Assembly (NCBI RefSeq): GCF_001194135.2
Contig: NC_068981.1
Span: 105,337,901 to 105,401,900, forward strand
DNA: 64,000 bases
Direction: 5' to 3'
From: Octopus bimaculoides
Taxonomy: Eukaryota
A program made the translations under genes and the position numbers. Shown here piece after piece: positions 63,401-64,000 of this stretch (the stretch's first letter is position 1; the number at the start of each line of letters is the position of its first letter). The notes under the pieces are model-generated. The model made no database searches and was not told where the DNA came from. It saw nothing but the letters and a program-made list of their open reading frames with translations.

Positions 63401-64000
63401 CATCCTTTCTTGGTTTTTCAAATATGACAAGCCATATTTGTGTATTCAAGCCTGAAAGGTTGCTTGGAGACTCAGGGAATGATATATAAATCTACCAAAT
63501 TATTATGTTTTCACTGTATGGAACTATTAGTAGCTCAAATTTAAATATTGCAAATTTTAAATTTTATATATATATATATACTAGCAGAGGCACCCGGCGT
63601 TGCTCGAGAGTGGCACATAAAAGACACCATTTTGAGCGTGGCCGTTGCCAGTACCGCCTGACTGGCCCTCGTGCGGGTGACGCGTAAAAGCACCCACTAC
63701 ACTCTCTGAGTGGTTGGCGTTAGGAAGGTCATCCAGCTGTAGAAACTCTGCCAAATTAGATTGGAGCCTGGTGTTGCCATCCGATTTCACCAGTCTTCAG
63801 TCAAATCGTCCAACCCATGCTAGCATGGAAAGCGGACGTTAAACAATGATGATGATGGTACTTGGAAACTTTTATGAAAATTAAAATGGGGATTAAATTT
63901 AAGAAATGATTTACGTGAATATCCTCACAAGAGTAATTGAAATAAATGGCGATTGTGGAACCCCCCCCCCCATGCACGCACACACACACACACACACAGT

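Overview
AT-rich, repeat-dense animal genomic DNA with six N gaps. The SINE/LINE families look like those of octopod cephalopods (inference from recognised repeats, not a database match). There are three protein-coding genes. RPL27 (minus) runs off the left edge; its TCT/5'-TOP first exon and two coding exons are present. DHX29 (plus) is one uninterrupted 1364-aa ORF lying head-to-head with RPL27 about 370 bp away. PNPO (minus) is complete, with 7 coding exons, 347 aa and an unusually long N-terminal extension. A canonical tRNA-Glu(UUC) is at 44.6 kb. The rest is mobile-element debris: tRNA-derived SINEs, RTE, R4-like and HERO-like LINE fragments, Penelope-like elements (PLE), Tc1/mariner/pogo- and piggyBac-type MITEs, and long foldbacks. 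The best leads are (i) a near-intact pair of minimal type I hammerhead ribozyme motifs pointing outward from an unresolved gap at 50.8-52.0 kb, plus degenerate hammerhead relics, (ii) the intronless DHX29 sharing a promoter with a TOP ribosomal gene, (iii) the PNPO presequence-like extension, (iv) a stack of foldbacks in PNPO intron 5, and (v) a pre-miRNA-like hairpin in PNPO intron 1. I found no convincing wholly new protein-coding system. Repeat boundaries are approximate unless TSDs or TIRs are quoted.
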